Below are positions 1 to 9,294 of a stretch of DNA of 53,607 nucleotides, piece by piece. Made by a program: the position numbers and the translations under genes. The first letter of the stretch is position 1. Every line of letters starts with the position of its first letter. Below the pieces are notes generated by a model. That model saw nothing but the letters and a program-made list of their open reading frames with translations, made no database searches and was not told the DNA's origin. Origin of the DNA: Candidatus Daviesbacteria bacterium RIFCSPHIGHO2_12_FULL_37_16 (lineage in GTDB: Bacteria > Patescibacteriota > Microgenomatia > Daviesbacterales > UBA10151). The stretch is from assembly GCA_001776785.1 (NCBI GenBank), contig MFDF01000016.1, forward strand, positions 1 to 53,607. The letters are read 5' to 3'.

Positions 1-155
1 CAAACCCTTGATTACCAGACTCCACTAGAATATATTACTACCCATACCTTAGAAAAAGTGTCACCTATGTACTCATCCAGTACAACAGCTTGACATTTTA
101 AAATAAAAGATTAATATTATCTATAATTCAGAAGAGTTGCCCAAGCGTAACTAAT

Positions 156-2126
156 ATGGCATTAGAACAAGTTGGTCAGAACACTCCAGATACCTCAGAA
201 CTCTTATCTATTTTCGCAGCTCACAGAAATCAAGAGAAACAACTTTCATGGAGTGGTCCTTTGAGTGAATATTTAGCACTTGTTGGGGAAAATCCTAAAG
301 TAGCCAGACTGTCCCATGCCAGAGTATATGACATGATTAGTGCTAGGGGTGTGGAAGCTCAAGGTGAAGGTAAACCCCCAAGATATAAATTTTTTGAAAG
401 TGAGTTGTTTGGAGTAGATGAGCCAATATCACAGATAGTGGATTATTTTTCTGCAGCTGCCAGAGGATTAGAGGTCAGGAAGAGGATTTTACTATTGATG
501 GGTCCAGTTGGAGGAGGTAAATCTACAGTAGTGGCTATGTTGAAGAGAGGGCTTGAAGAATATACCAGAACACCTGAAGGTGGGGTTTATGCTATAAGCG
601 GATGTCCAATGTATGAAGAACCACTGCATCTTATTCCTGATGCTCTGAGGCCTGAGGTCTCCAGGGTTCTTAACGTAAAAATTGAAGGTGATTTGTGCCC
701 TCATTGCAGGATGGAACTTTCTGATAGGCATGATGGTAAATATGAAGATGTTGAGGTGGTCAGGTATGCTTTTTCTGAAAAAGAGAGAAGAGGAATTGGA
801 ACCTTTTCACCTTCTGATCCAAAGTCGCAGGATATCTCTGAGTTGACTGGTTCTATAGACCTGTCTACCGTAGGCAGATATGGGAGTGAGTCAGATCCAA
901 GAGCTTACAGGTTTGATGGTGAACTAAATATTGCCAATAGAGGAATGATGGAGTTTATAGAGATGTTAAAGTCAGATGAGAAGTTTTTGTATGGACTTTT
1001 AAGCTTATCCCAGGAGCAGTCAATTAAGACAGGCAGGTTTGCTATGATTTATGCTGATGAGGTATTGGTATCCCATACTAATGAGTCTGAATATAATGCT
1101 TTTGTAGCAAATAAAAAGGGTGAGGCCCTGCAGGACAGGATTATTCAGGTCAAGGTTCCCTACAACTTAAGGTTATCTGATGAGATGAAAATTTATGATA
1201 AGCTTTTGAGGGATACAACAGATATTGCTATTGAAAGGGCTCCTTTGGATGGTGAGGTACATATATCTCCTGGTGTTTTAAGGGCAGCGGCTATGTTTGC
1301 TGTATTGTCCAGGTTGACTCCAACTAAAAAAGAAGGGGTGAATTTAATGACAAAGCTTAAGCTTTATGATGGTCAGGATGTTGGAGATTTAAAGCAAAAA
1401 GATTTGCGAGAACTTAAGGAAGAGGCGGCTGAGACACGTGAAGGTATGGATGGTATTTCACCAAGATACATAACCAATAGGCTATCTTCTGCGCTAGTCC
1501 AGGAAGGTGCGCAGTGCCTAAATCCAATAGATGCTCTCAGGTCTTTTAGGGATGGTTTAGAGAGTGTGCCTGGTTTGACTAAAGAAAAAAAGGATGAATA
1601 TTTAAAACTTCTTGGAGAAGTGAGGGGTGAATATGATGAGAAAGCTAAAACTGATGTGCAGAGAGCATTTATTGGCTCCTTTGAAGATAACATCCAGACA
1701 ATAATGGATAACTATATGGATAATATAGAGGCTTTCTGCAACAAGAGTAAGGTTAAGGATGCTTATACTGATGAAGAGGTGGATCCTGATGAGAGGTTGA
1801 TGAGAGAGATTGAGGAACAGATTGGGGTGACTGATGGCCAGAAAGCTGGTTTCAGGCAGGAAATTGTTAATATAATGGGGTCTAAACTCAGAAAGGGCGA
1901 AAAATTTGATTCTACAAGTCATGAGAGGTTAAGAGAGGGATTGGAAAAGAAGCTGTTTGCTGATATGAAAGATATGGTTAAAGTAACCACTTCTACCAAA
2001 ACACCTGATGCAGATCAGCAGAAGAGGATTGACGATGTGCAGTCAGCATTGATTAGAGAGAGAGGTTACTGCACATGCTGTTCTTCTGAACTCTTAAAGT
2101 ATGTAGGTAGACTTCTTAACCGCTAA
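156..2126 (+). CDS. prkA: PrkA/YeaG family AAA+ ATPase / serine protein kinase
   Basis: Walker A GPVGGGKS, CPMYEEPLHLIP, DPRAYRFDGELNIANRGMMEFIEM; first gene of the canonical three-gene operon. Confidence 0.95.
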   Translation: MALEQVGQNTPDTSELLSIFAAHRNQEKQLSWSGPLSEYLALVGENPKVARLSHARVYDMISARGVEAQGEGKPPRYKFFESELFGVDEPISQIVDYFSAAARGLEVRKRILLLMGPVGGGKSTVVAMLKRGLEEYTRTPEGGVYAISGCPMYEEPLHLIPDALRPEVSRVLNVKIEGDLCPHCRMELSDRHDGKYEDVEVVRYAFSEKERRGIGTFSPSDPKSQDISELTGSIDLSTVGRYGSESDPRAYRFDGELNIANRGMMEFIEMLKSDEKFLYGLLSLSQEQSIKTGRFAMIYADEVLVSHTNESEYNAFVANKKGEALQDRIIQVKVPYNLRLSDEMKIYDKLLRDTTDIAIERAPLDGEVHISPGVLRAAAMFAVLSRLTPTKKEGVNLMTKLKLYDGQDVGDLKQKDLRELKEEAAETREGMDGISPRYITNRLSSALVQEGAQCLNPIDALRSFRDGLESVPGLTKEKKDEYLKLLGEVRGEYDEKAKTDVQRAFIGSFEDNIQTIMDNYMDNIEAFCNKSKVKDAYTDEEVDPDERLMREIEEQIGVTDGQKAGFRQEIVNIMGSKLRKGEKFDSTSHERLREGLEKKLFADMKDMVKVTTSTKTPDADQQKRIDDVQSALIRERGYCTCCSSELLKYVGRLLNR

Positions 2127-2134
2127 TTTTAAAA

Positions 2135-3316
2135 ATGGGTGTTGAACTTTTTTTGTCCAGTCATCAGGTAAGGTTTGATGGTATGGGAGATAAGGCTTCC
2201 AGGGATGTGGCGCGCCATAACGAAAAGATTAAGGATGTAATAAGGCAGCAGCTGCCTGGCATTATTGGAGAAGAATCAATTATTACTGGCAGCGATAAAG
2301 GAATTGTTAAAATTCCAATCAGGAGTCTGGAAGAGCCTTATTTTAAGCATGGGGATAACAGTGCTCAAGAAGGTTATGGACAGGGTGATGGTAATACCCA
2401 AATTGGTGATGTTATTGGCCAAGTGCCTAGTAATGAGCCTGGAAATGGTCATAAACCTGGCGAAATTCCCGGGATTGACTACTTAGAGGTTGATGTGACA
2501 ATTGACCAGTTGGCTGCCTGGATGTTTGAGGATCTGGGGCTGCCTTTTTTAGAAAACAGAGGGAAGGCTATAATACCTTCAGAGCATGTTAAATTTGATG
2601 ATATAACCAAAAAAGGGCTGATGGGAAATTTGGATAAGAGAAGGACTGCCCTAGAGAATATCAGGAGAAGGGCGCTGGGTGGGTTAGAACCGGTTTTTGA
2701 AGATGTCAATGAGGATGATTTAAGATTCAGAAACTGGGAAATCAAAAAAAGAGAGGAATCCAATGCAGTGGTTATAGCAATGAGGGATATCTCAGGGAGT
2801 ATGGGAGAGTTTGAGAAGTATATATCCAGAAGTGCATATTTTTGGATGACCAGATTTTTAAGGACTAAGTATGAGAATGTTGAGATAGTTTTTATAAACC
2901 ATCAGACTGAGGCTAAAGAGGTAAATGAGGAGGCATTTTTTTATTCAGGTGAGAGCGGAGGGACAAAAGTCTCTTCTGCTTATCAGCTGGCCTGTGATAT
3001 AACAAAACAAAGATATCCAAAAGAGGATTGGAATACATACCCATTCCATTTTTCAGATGGGGATAACTGGGGTGAGTTGGATAATATTAAATGCAAGGAT
3101 TTAATATTAAGAGGACTTGATGAGTTGGGGTGGAATGCTTTTGGATATGCTGAAATTCAGGAGGGGGGCCGGCGTTCTGCCAGCACTTTAATGACAGTAA
3201 TGGAAGAGATAGAACATGAAAGGTTAATGAAAGCTGTTATTACTAGTAAGGATGAGGTCTACGGTGCAGTTAAAACTTTTTTTGGAAAAACTGAGGCTTT
3301 AGCAGCTGCTTTATAA
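2135..3316 (+). CDS. yeaH: YeaH/YhbH (DUF444) protein with vWA-like C-terminus
   Basis: IPIRSLEEPYF, DLRFR, MRDISGSM MIDAS-like motif, ESGGTKVSSAY, YPFHFSDGDNW; follows prkA. Confidence 0.93.
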   Translation: MGVELFLSSHQVRFDGMGDKASRDVARHNEKIKDVIRQQLPGIIGEESIITGSDKGIVKIPIRSLEEPYFKHGDNSAQEGYGQGDGNTQIGDVIGQVPSNEPGNGHKPGEIPGIDYLEVDVTIDQLAAWMFEDLGLPFLENRGKAIIPSEHVKFDDITKKGLMGNLDKRRTALENIRRRALGGLEPVFEDVNEDDLRFRNWEIKKREESNAVVIAMRDISGSMGEFEKYISRSAYFWMTRFLRTKYENVEIVFINHQTEAKEVNEEAFFYSGESGGTKVSSAYQLACDITKQRYPKEDWNTYPFHFSDGDNWGELDNIKCKDLILRGLDELGWNAFGYAEIQEGGRRSASTLMTVMEEIEHERLMKAVITSKDEVYGAVKTFFGKTEALAAAL

Positions 3317-3317
3317 C

Positions 3318-4853
3318 ATGGAAACTATAAGTGATGATCAAAAACCCTCTGTTCCCATTATTTTGAGAGGCGGCGGAGCTGTAGAGCTTGATTTAAAAGA
3401 CAGTGTTTCAGCCATTGCTGAGATCTCTGAGGAAGTTGGTTTGAAGCCATGTAAAACTTACTTTGATATGGTTCCAGCTGAGACTATGTATGAATATGGG
3501 GCATATGGTATTCCAGGCAGGTTTGGTCACTGGACTCATGGTAGGGATTACTACAGGATGAAGACCATGTATGACCATGGTTTTTCTAAAATTTACGAGC
3601 TGGTGATAAATGATGATCCGGCTTATGCTTATCTTCTGGAGACAAATCCTCCTATAGCTAATAAATTAGTGGTGGCTCATGTGGTGGGACATGTTGATTT
3701 TTTTCAGAAGAATATGACCTTTAGCCATACAAACAGGAGGATGGTGGAGACTGTCCAGCAAACAGCTGCTAGGTTTGCAGAATATGAAGATCTTTATGGA
3801 ATTGATGCGGTTGAGGCAGTAATTGATGCTGCAATATCACTTAGCAAAAATATTGATACCCATCCAAAAGGATTTAACCGGTTACCCAAGGATCAATATG
3901 TTGCCGAGAGTTTGAGAAGGTCGCGTGATGAGCTGAAGGGGAAGGGTATATCCACATCAGAATATGATGACATTTGGAGTTTGGGGGCCCCTAAGAAAGA
4001 AGAACCAAATGAACGGCCTAAGATAACTGTTCCTTATGAGGCAGACCCTGATTTGATGTGGGTTATTTCAGAATTTTCACCAATTTTAATGGATTGGCAG
4101 AAGGATATATTACTTAGTGTGAGGGCTGAGCAGCAGTATTTTATCCCCCAAATGTTGACTAAGATAATGAATGAAGGCTGGGCTTCACTCTGGCATACCA
4201 GGATAACCAGGGAGCTTATTGCACGGGGTTTAGTGAGTGATGACGAGGCAATGCAGTATGCTCGATTGCACAGCGGAGTTATTTCAGGAAATAGACGCAA
4301 CCTTAATCCCTATGGACTGGGGCTCAGGATTTGGGAAGATATTGATGATAAGTATCATGGAAGGGTAGATTGGGGTGAAGAAAGAGAGATTGATAGGTGG
4401 GGAGAGGTGATAGATCCAGAAAGTTATGTGGGCAGGGAAGATCATGATATTTTCAGGGTGAGGGAAACCATGGTAGACCAGGGGTTTTTGCGAAACTTTC
4501 TTTCAGGAAGAATTATCAGGGAGCTTGATCTGTATGGTTATAGAAGAGAAGGTGACAGGCTTGTGGTAGAAGAGAAAGATCCACAAAAAATCAGGGAAGG
4601 GTTGGTTGCCTCTATGGATAGATGGGGTTTACCGAGCATTGTTATTCCAAAAGGAGGAGCAAACTATACCAGCAGCAGGGAACTTTATTTAGAGCATGAG
4701 TTTGAGGGGGAAGAGCTTGATGAGAAATATGCTCAGGAGACTTTGAAGAGGGTTTTTTATCTCTGGGGAAGGCCTGTGCATTTGCAGGCTAGAATAAGAG
4801 GCAGTGAGACTACAATCCACTGCTCTGAGGGCCCTACAGTTTTAACTGTATAA
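3318..4853 (+). CDS. spoVR: SpoVR/YcgB family protein
   Basis: YGIPGRFGHWTHG, KIYELVIN, AHVVGHVDFF, TKIMNEGWASLWH, NPYGLG, LWGRPVHL. Confidence 0.95.
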   Translation: METISDDQKPSVPIILRGGGAVELDLKDSVSAIAEISEEVGLKPCKTYFDMVPAETMYEYGAYGIPGRFGHWTHGRDYYRMKTMYDHGFSKIYELVINDDPAYAYLLETNPPIANKLVVAHVVGHVDFFQKNMTFSHTNRRMVETVQQTAARFAEYEDLYGIDAVEAVIDAAISLSKNIDTHPKGFNRLPKDQYVAESLRRSRDELKGKGISTSEYDDIWSLGAPKKEEPNERPKITVPYEADPDLMWVISEFSPILMDWQKDILLSVRAEQQYFIPQMLTKIMNEGWASLWHTRITRELIARGLVSDDEAMQYARLHSGVISGNRRNLNPYGLGLRIWEDIDDKYHGRVDWGEEREIDRWGEVIDPESYVGREDHDIFRVRETMVDQGFLRNFLSGRIIRELDLYGYRREGDRLVVEEKDPQKIREGLVASMDRWGLPSIVIPKGGANYTSSRELYLEHEFEGEELDEKYAQETLKRVFYLWGRPVHLQARIRGSETTIHCSEGPTVLTV

Positions 4854-4857
4854 AAGG

Positions 4858-4916
4858 TGTGACCCCAGCTGGATATATCACAATTTTTTAAATTGCTGAA
4901 CCAGCGACAAATTGAT
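4858..4916 (-). pseudogene. Duplicate 3' half of tRNA-Lys with a 23-nt hairpin replacing 2 nt of the T-loop
   Basis: tgtgaccccagctggat (4858-4874) is identical to 5032-5048; after the insert 4875-4897, gaaccagcgacaaattgat matches the tRNA's gaaccagcgaccaattgat. Confidence 0.8.
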
Positions 4917-4955
4917 AACACACCCAATCCGCCAGTTGGCGGATTGCAAGAGTCT
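4913..4955. repeat. Palindromic element ACACCCAAT-[hairpin]-ATTGCAAGAGTCT, copy 1
   Basis: tgataacacacccaat ccgccagttggcgg attgcaagagtct; flanks shared with copies at 4993-5032 and 18386-18417. Confidence 0.85.
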
Positions 4956-4958
4956 CTA

Positions 4959-4996
4959 TGTGAGGGCGCAGGGATTCGAACCCTGGACCGAATGAT
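4959..4996 (-). pseudogene. 3' half of a different tRNA (Lys-like) sequence
   Basis: Minus strand reads ATCATTCGGTCCAGGGTTCGAATCCCTGCGCCCTCACA: intact T-arm CAGGG-TTCGAAT-CCCTG plus acceptor 3' strand, no 5' half. Confidence 0.75.
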
Positions 4997-5032
4997 AATA
5001 CACCCAATTTGCTACGCAAATTGCAAGAGTCT
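4993..5032. repeat. Palindromic element ACACCCAAT-[hairpin]-ATTGCAAGAGTCT, copy 2
   Basis: tgataatacacccaat ttgctacgcaa attgcaagagtct. Confidence 0.85.
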
Positions 5033-5033
5033 G

Positions 5034-5105
5034 TGACCCCAGCTGGATTCGAACCAGCGACCAATTGATTAAGAGTCAACTGCTCTACCGCTGAGCTATG
5101 GGGCC
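5034..5105 (-). tRNA. tRNA-Lys(CTT)
   Basis: GGCCCCA TAGCTCAGCGGTAGAGC ... TTGA-CTCTTAA-TCAA ... GCTGG TTCGAAT CCAGC TGGGGTC A. Confidence 0.96.
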
Positions 5106-5159
5106 ATCACTGGCTAATTTTACTAAAAATTGGATATTTTTGCTATTTTTGGAGATAAA

Positions 5160-5375
5160 CTATTTTTCCCACTGGGCTTTTTCTGCTTTTTCTACTTCTC
5201 CTGCAATGTTTAATTCTGCTGGGTGTTCATCATCTGCTTTTTGGTAAAGACCCATTTCATGGGCATTTTCTAAGGTGTCATCATCTGATTCTAAATCAGG
5301 AGTATCTCCAACTAGTGAGGTTTCACCACTATCATCATTATCACCTGTTAGATTGTGTTTTTTATCATCATTCAT
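5160..5375 (-). CDS. Small acidic hypothetical protein
   Basis: 71-aa ORF filling the gap between two tRNAs; TAGAAT 6 nt before ATG. Confidence 0.7.
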   Translation of the reverse strand: MNDDKKHNLTGDNDDSGETSLVGDTPDLESDDDTLENAHEMGLYQKADDEHPAELNIAGEVEKAEKAQWEK

Positions 5376-5455
5376 AAAGTCATTCTATCATGAATTAAAA
5401 AAATTGCGAGTCAGAAATATGTAAGAGAAGGTGAACTTTGGTACAATACACACAA

Positions 5456-5528
5456 GCGCCTGTAGCTTAATGGATAGAGCATCTCGCTTCGGACGAGACG
5501 GTTGGGGGTTCGACTCCCTCCAGGCGCG
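5456..5528 (+). tRNA. tRNA-Arg(TCG)
   Basis: GCGCCTG ... TCTCG-CTTCGGA-CGAGA ... GGGGG TTCGACT CCCTC CAGGCGC G. Confidence 0.95.
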
Positions 5529-5580
5529 CACAATTGGTGTATTGTAATTTTGAAGCTATATAGTTATATTTACATGAATT

Positions 5581-6276
5581 ATGCCTGTAAAGAAGAAATC
5601 TACTAAAAGAGCTGCAGCTAAATCAACTAAGGTTGAAAGAGCAGAGGAATCTGTCTCTTTTTTAAATTTAGCTAATATAAGATCAAGATTTACTAAATCA
5701 GGAAGGACAAAGTGGGTAATATTAACCCTTCTTTTGGCTGCATTAATAATATTTTTGGGAAATAAATACCTTATTGCTGCCTGGGTTAACAATAGACCAG
5801 TGACAAGACTTGAGCTTAATAATGCACTGCAGAACAGATATGGAAAGGATGTTTTAGAGGAGTTAATTGTTGAGAGATTAATTGAAGAAGAAGCCAGAAA
5901 AAGAAGTTTGACCGTTTCCCAGGAGGAACTGGATAATGAAATTAAAAAAGTTGAAGAGCAGCAGGGAGGAGCAGAACAGTTAGCCCAAATCCTGACTGCA
6001 CAAAATATCTCCAGGAATGATTTTAATAAACTTGTAAGATTGCAGCTTCTAAGACAGAAGATGTTTGGAGCGGGCAAAGATGCAACAGATGAGGAAGTTG
6101 AAAAATATATTGAAGAAAATAAAGACAGCCTTGCGTTAGAACAGAGGACTGCATCTGAGGAAGCTAAGTTTAAAGAAAGTATAAAAGAACAGTTAAAAAA
6201 CCAAAAGGTAAATCAAGAGTTTAATACCTGGCTGAATGGAGCTTTATCTGGTCCTGGAGTTTCCCGCCAGATTTAG
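5581..6276 (+). CDS. SurA N-terminal domain / PrsA-like membrane-anchored foldase
   Basis: TM helix then AAWVNNRPVT...GKDVLEELIVERLIEEEARKRSLTVSQEELDNEI; no parvulin domain visible. Confidence 0.8.
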   Translation: MPVKKKSTKRAAAKSTKVERAEESVSFLNLANIRSRFTKSGRTKWVILTLLLAALIIFLGNKYLIAAWVNNRPVTRLELNNALQNRYGKDVLEELIVERLIEEEARKRSLTVSQEELDNEIKKVEEQQGGAEQLAQILTAQNISRNDFNKLVRLQLLRQKMFGAGKDATDEEVEKYIEENKDSLALEQRTASEEAKFKESIKEQLKNQKVNQEFNTWLNGALSGPGVSRQI

Positions 6277-6910
6277 GAGGTAAAGTTACTGCTGAGAGTA
6301 TCCCAAAAGAGGATCCCACTAAAAATCCCCCAATCACATCTGTGGTCCAGTGTTCACCTAAGTAGATTCTGGAGATAAGCATGGTTAATAAGAAACAGGA
6401 TAATAGGATGATAGAGAACAGTCCTTTTTTAAGGCTGGATTTAAGATAAATATAGGTCATTAAAAAAACTATTAAAAAAGCAGTCCTGGTAACATGGCCT
6501 GAGGGGTATGAATAGTCTGTTTGGATAAAGTGTGAGGGGAAATCAAACTTAATTACTCCCCTATACATAAAAAAGGGCGGGCCCGGGTGATATAAAAAGA
6601 CTTTGCCAAAAAGCTCCATTAAGAGGGCTAGGGGGAGCAAAAACAGGCTCAAAGCAGTTAGCCAGTACTTTTTTATGAGCAGATAGAAAAAGATGATTAA
6701 CCAAATTACCCCGGTTATTTCAAGTGAGCCTATAATTGAAAATACTGAAAAGGAATAGTCAAACCTGCGGGGGATTTTATCCTGGAACCTGACTGTAGTA
6801 TCAAAATCATGCTGGGTAAATAGTTCTTTTGAAACCAGGTAGGAATAGAAAATAAAAAAGGCAAAAAGAAGCATTGAGATTAAAAGTAAGAATTTTTTGG
6901 ATTTCAGCAT
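6221..6910 (-). CDS. PAP2-family membrane phosphatase
   Basis: SYPSGH and SRIYLGEHWTTDVIGG motifs; start taken at ATG 6910 (MLKSKK). Confidence 0.9.
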   Translation of the reverse strand: MLKSKKFLLLISMLLFAFFIFYSYLVSKELFTQHDFDTTVRFQDKIPRRFDYSFSVFSIIGSLEITGVIWLIIFFYLLIKKYWLTALSLFLLPLALLMELFGKVFLYHPGPPFFMYRGVIKFDFPSHFIQTDYSYPSGHVTRTAFLIVFLMTYIYLKSSLKKGLFSIILLSCFLLTMLISRIYLGEHWTTDVIGGFLVGSSFGILSAVTLPPKSGGKLQDQIKLHSARY

Positions 6911-7027
6911 TAGAATAAATGATACCAGAAAAGTGTAGCGGGTGTGTCTCTTCAAAACCACACCGGGAGTTGAGGCACAAAATCCTTATTGACTAGCTCT
7001 GTATAGTAAACTAATATTATCCTATAG

Positions 7028-7501
7028 ATGATTGAAAATAGTGATAAACCATTACATCCCAAAATTTATACCCAAGAAGATACTGTAGCCAGGTTTTTTA
7101 AAAGTTTGACAGTAAATAGAGATTCTGTTGAACAAGTATTAGAGTATTTTAGGAGTGGTAGATTGCCAAAACCCATAGATACTTTTACATATAGAATTCC
7201 AGATCATGTTGAGCCAGGACTTATTGGGATAGATGGTTCAAACTATTTTGCTGCAGGTATAGTTAAAGAATCATTTCCTTTTATTAATTTTGCCAATGTT
7301 TATTTTGTTGCTGAGGAAATAGGGAGATCTTCAAATATCGAAATTCTAAAAGAATATAAAAGCTATGATGAGGTGAGACGGGCTTTAAGTATAGGTGCAA
7401 ATTGGAGATTTTCAAATTTTCTTTCTTCGGAAGAAAACCTCACTGAGTTTACAGCTGATATATTCTCTCCAAGACAAGAGCTAGAAACGGCTTTTGTCTA
7501 A
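7028..7501 (+). CDS. Hypothetical protein
   Basis: 157-aa ORF, TATTAT 7 nt before ATG; no family recognised. Confidence 0.65.
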   Translation: MIENSDKPLHPKIYTQEDTVARFFKSLTVNRDSVEQVLEYFRSGRLPKPIDTFTYRIPDHVEPGLIGIDGSNYFAAGIVKESFPFINFANVYFVAEEIGRSSNIEILKEYKSYDEVRRALSIGANWRFSNFLSSEENLTEFTADIFSPRQELETAFV

Positions 7502-7504
7502 GTT

Positions 7505-8284
7505 CTATCTATTCCGTTCATTCTTAACAAACAAGTAAGTTCCAACTACTAACATTATCACAAAAGCTCCAATCATAATTGCCAGGTCTACAATAGGTGG
7601 GTGTAGGACTACTTTGTCATATTCAGGGGAACCTGCATAATAAAGCCCTCTTAGGAAATCCACTGGGTAGGTCATAGGGGTGAGGGTTGAAAGGATTGCC
7701 AGGATTGGAGGAGAATCTTTGATTGGGTTAAAGACTCCTGACAGGAAAAATTGAGGGAAGATGAGGAAAGGGAAAATTTGGTTAGCAGAACGCACATTTC
7801 CTAAATTGGCCATGACTATTGTCCCAAAAGCTCCTCCAAAAAGACAGGCTATCAGGGCTGCAGGAATAAAAAGAAGCATCTGTGAAATAGAAATTGGTAC
7901 TCCAATAATGAAACCAAAGACTAAAACTCCAATAGCCTGAGTTAGAGATACCAAAGTTTCTCCCAGGATTTTTCCAAAAATTATTGAGTATCTGGAGATA
8001 GGGGAGACAAAGATTTCCTGGGAAAAATCATTTGCCCTATCTTCTATAAGTGAAATAATACCTGAGGCAGTGGACTGGAATAAGACCTGGGCTAAAACTC
8101 CTGTAAAAGTAAAGGTCAGGAAGTTAAAGCCTACCTGTTTGCCTATGTTTGCCTGCAGCCCTCCTCCCAAGGCACCAATAAAAATTAAAGGGAAGATAAA
8201 AGAGATAATTAACCTACCCCTATCCCTTAAAAGTTTAGTAAAATCCCTGGCTGCAATGGTTAAAATGGCATTTAATTCTTTCAT
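7505..8284 (-). CDS. ABC-2 type transporter permease (DrrB-like)
   Basis: Multi-TM; EIFVSPISRYSIIFGKILG, FPQFFLSGVF, PMTYPVD; start at MKELNAIL (8284). Confidence 0.92.
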   Translation of the reverse strand: MKELNAILTIAARDFTKLLRDRGRLIISFIFPLIFIGALGGGLQANIGKQVGFNFLTFTFTGVLAQVLFQSTASGIISLIEDRANDFSQEIFVSPISRYSIIFGKILGETLVSLTQAIGVLVFGFIIGVPISISQMLLFIPAALIACLFGGAFGTIVMANLGNVRSANQIFPFLIFPQFFLSGVFNPIKDSPPILAILSTLTPMTYPVDFLRGLYYAGSPEYDKVVLHPPIVDLAIMIGAFVIMLVVGTYLFVKNERNR

Positions 8285-8292
8285 GAAATTAT

Positions 8293-8317
8293 ATCCTTCG
8301 CTACGCTCAGGATGACA
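8293..8317. repeat. REP-like palindrome TGTCATCCTGAGCGTAGCGAAGGAT (minus strand)
   Basis: atccttcgctacgctcaggatgaca; contains the stop codon of the upstream ABC ATPase. Confidence 0.7.
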
Positions 8318-9257
8318 GATTGTTCTCCCTTTCTGCAATTATTTCCAAGTAAGCCTCTTCTAAGGTTGGGGAGTGAGTTTTTAACATGCTAAGAGGAGTT
8401 TTAATGTCCTGGATTAATTTCTGCAAGTTCTTGTTTTCAATATCTATTTTGAATGGGCCGTTTCCTGTAAATTTTATCTTTTTACTCTCAAGTTCTTTGG
8501 TTAACTTATTCCTGTTGTCTGCATCGATTAAGATATATTCATCAATTAGTGTATTTTTAATCTGGGTTGGGGTACCAAGTGAGACGATCTTGCCTTTGCT
8601 GATAATGCAAACCGTATCTGCTTCTTCTGCCTCTTCTAAGTAGTGGGTTGTTAAAAATATTGTAATGTTTTGCTGCTTCCTAACAGTTTTTAAATACTCC
8701 CAGAGGTTTTTTCTGGAGAGTGGGTCCAGGCCAATTGTTGGTTCATCTAAAAACAGGACCTTAGGTTTGTGCATTAGGCTTCTGATTATCTCAAGCTTTC
8801 TTTTCATCCCGCCCGAGAAAGTTTTTATGGTGTTAAAAAGTTCATTACCTAAACCAATAACTTCTGAGAGTTCTTTAACTCTTTTTTTATAGGACTGGGG
8901 CATTAGTTCATAAGAAGGTCTAAAAGGGTAGAGTCCATATAAAATAGCATGAAACCTAATATTTTCTTCTGCAGTTAGATTTGTATCCAAACTTGGGTTT
9001 TGGAAGATAATTCCGACGTTCTGCCTGACTTTTGAGGAGTCCCTGTCTGTGTCGAAACCTGTAATTTTAACCTCTCCTGAGGTTTTGGATAGGGTAGTTG
9101 TGAGAATAGAGATGGTTGTGGTTTTACCTGCCCCATTGGGGCCCAAAAAGGTAAAAAATTCACCCTCTTCAACTTCAAAGGAGATATTATCAACTGCATT
9201 TGTTTGGGCATTTTTGTACTTTTTAACCAGGTTTTTTACTGAAATAATTGCACTCAT
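8307..9257 (-). CDS. ABC transporter ATP-binding protein (DrrA-like)
   Basis: GPNGAGKTT, FSGGMKRKL, LFLDEPT, TTHY. Confidence 0.95.
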   Translation of the reverse strand: MSAIISVKNLVKKYKNAQTNAVDNISFEVEEGEFFTFLGPNGAGKTTTISILTTTLSKTSGEVKITGFDTDRDSSKVRQNVGIIFQNPSLDTNLTAEENIRFHAILYGLYPFRPSYELMPQSYKKRVKELSEVIGLGNELFNTIKTFSGGMKRKLEIIRSLMHKPKVLFLDEPTIGLDPLSRKNLWEYLKTVRKQQNITIFLTTHYLEEAEEADTVCIISKGKIVSLGTPTQIKNTLIDEYILIDADNRNKLTKELESKKIKFTGNGPFKIDIENKNLQKLIQDIKTPLSMLKTHSPTLEEAYLEIIAERENNLSS

Positions 9258-9294
9258 GGGATATTAATGTAGCAGAAAATTGGAAGAGTTTGTA

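Noticed and set aside
156-4853. Evidence for sporulation
   Set aside because: The operon is widespread in non-sporulating bacteria, and no other spo genes are present
4858-5032. CRISPR-like repeat/spacer appearance
   Set aside because: Only two units, the variable part is inside the repeat, the apparent spacers are tRNA halves, and there are no cas genes in the window
4888-5079. 63-aa ORF
   Set aside because: Overlaps tRNA-Lys and its fragments
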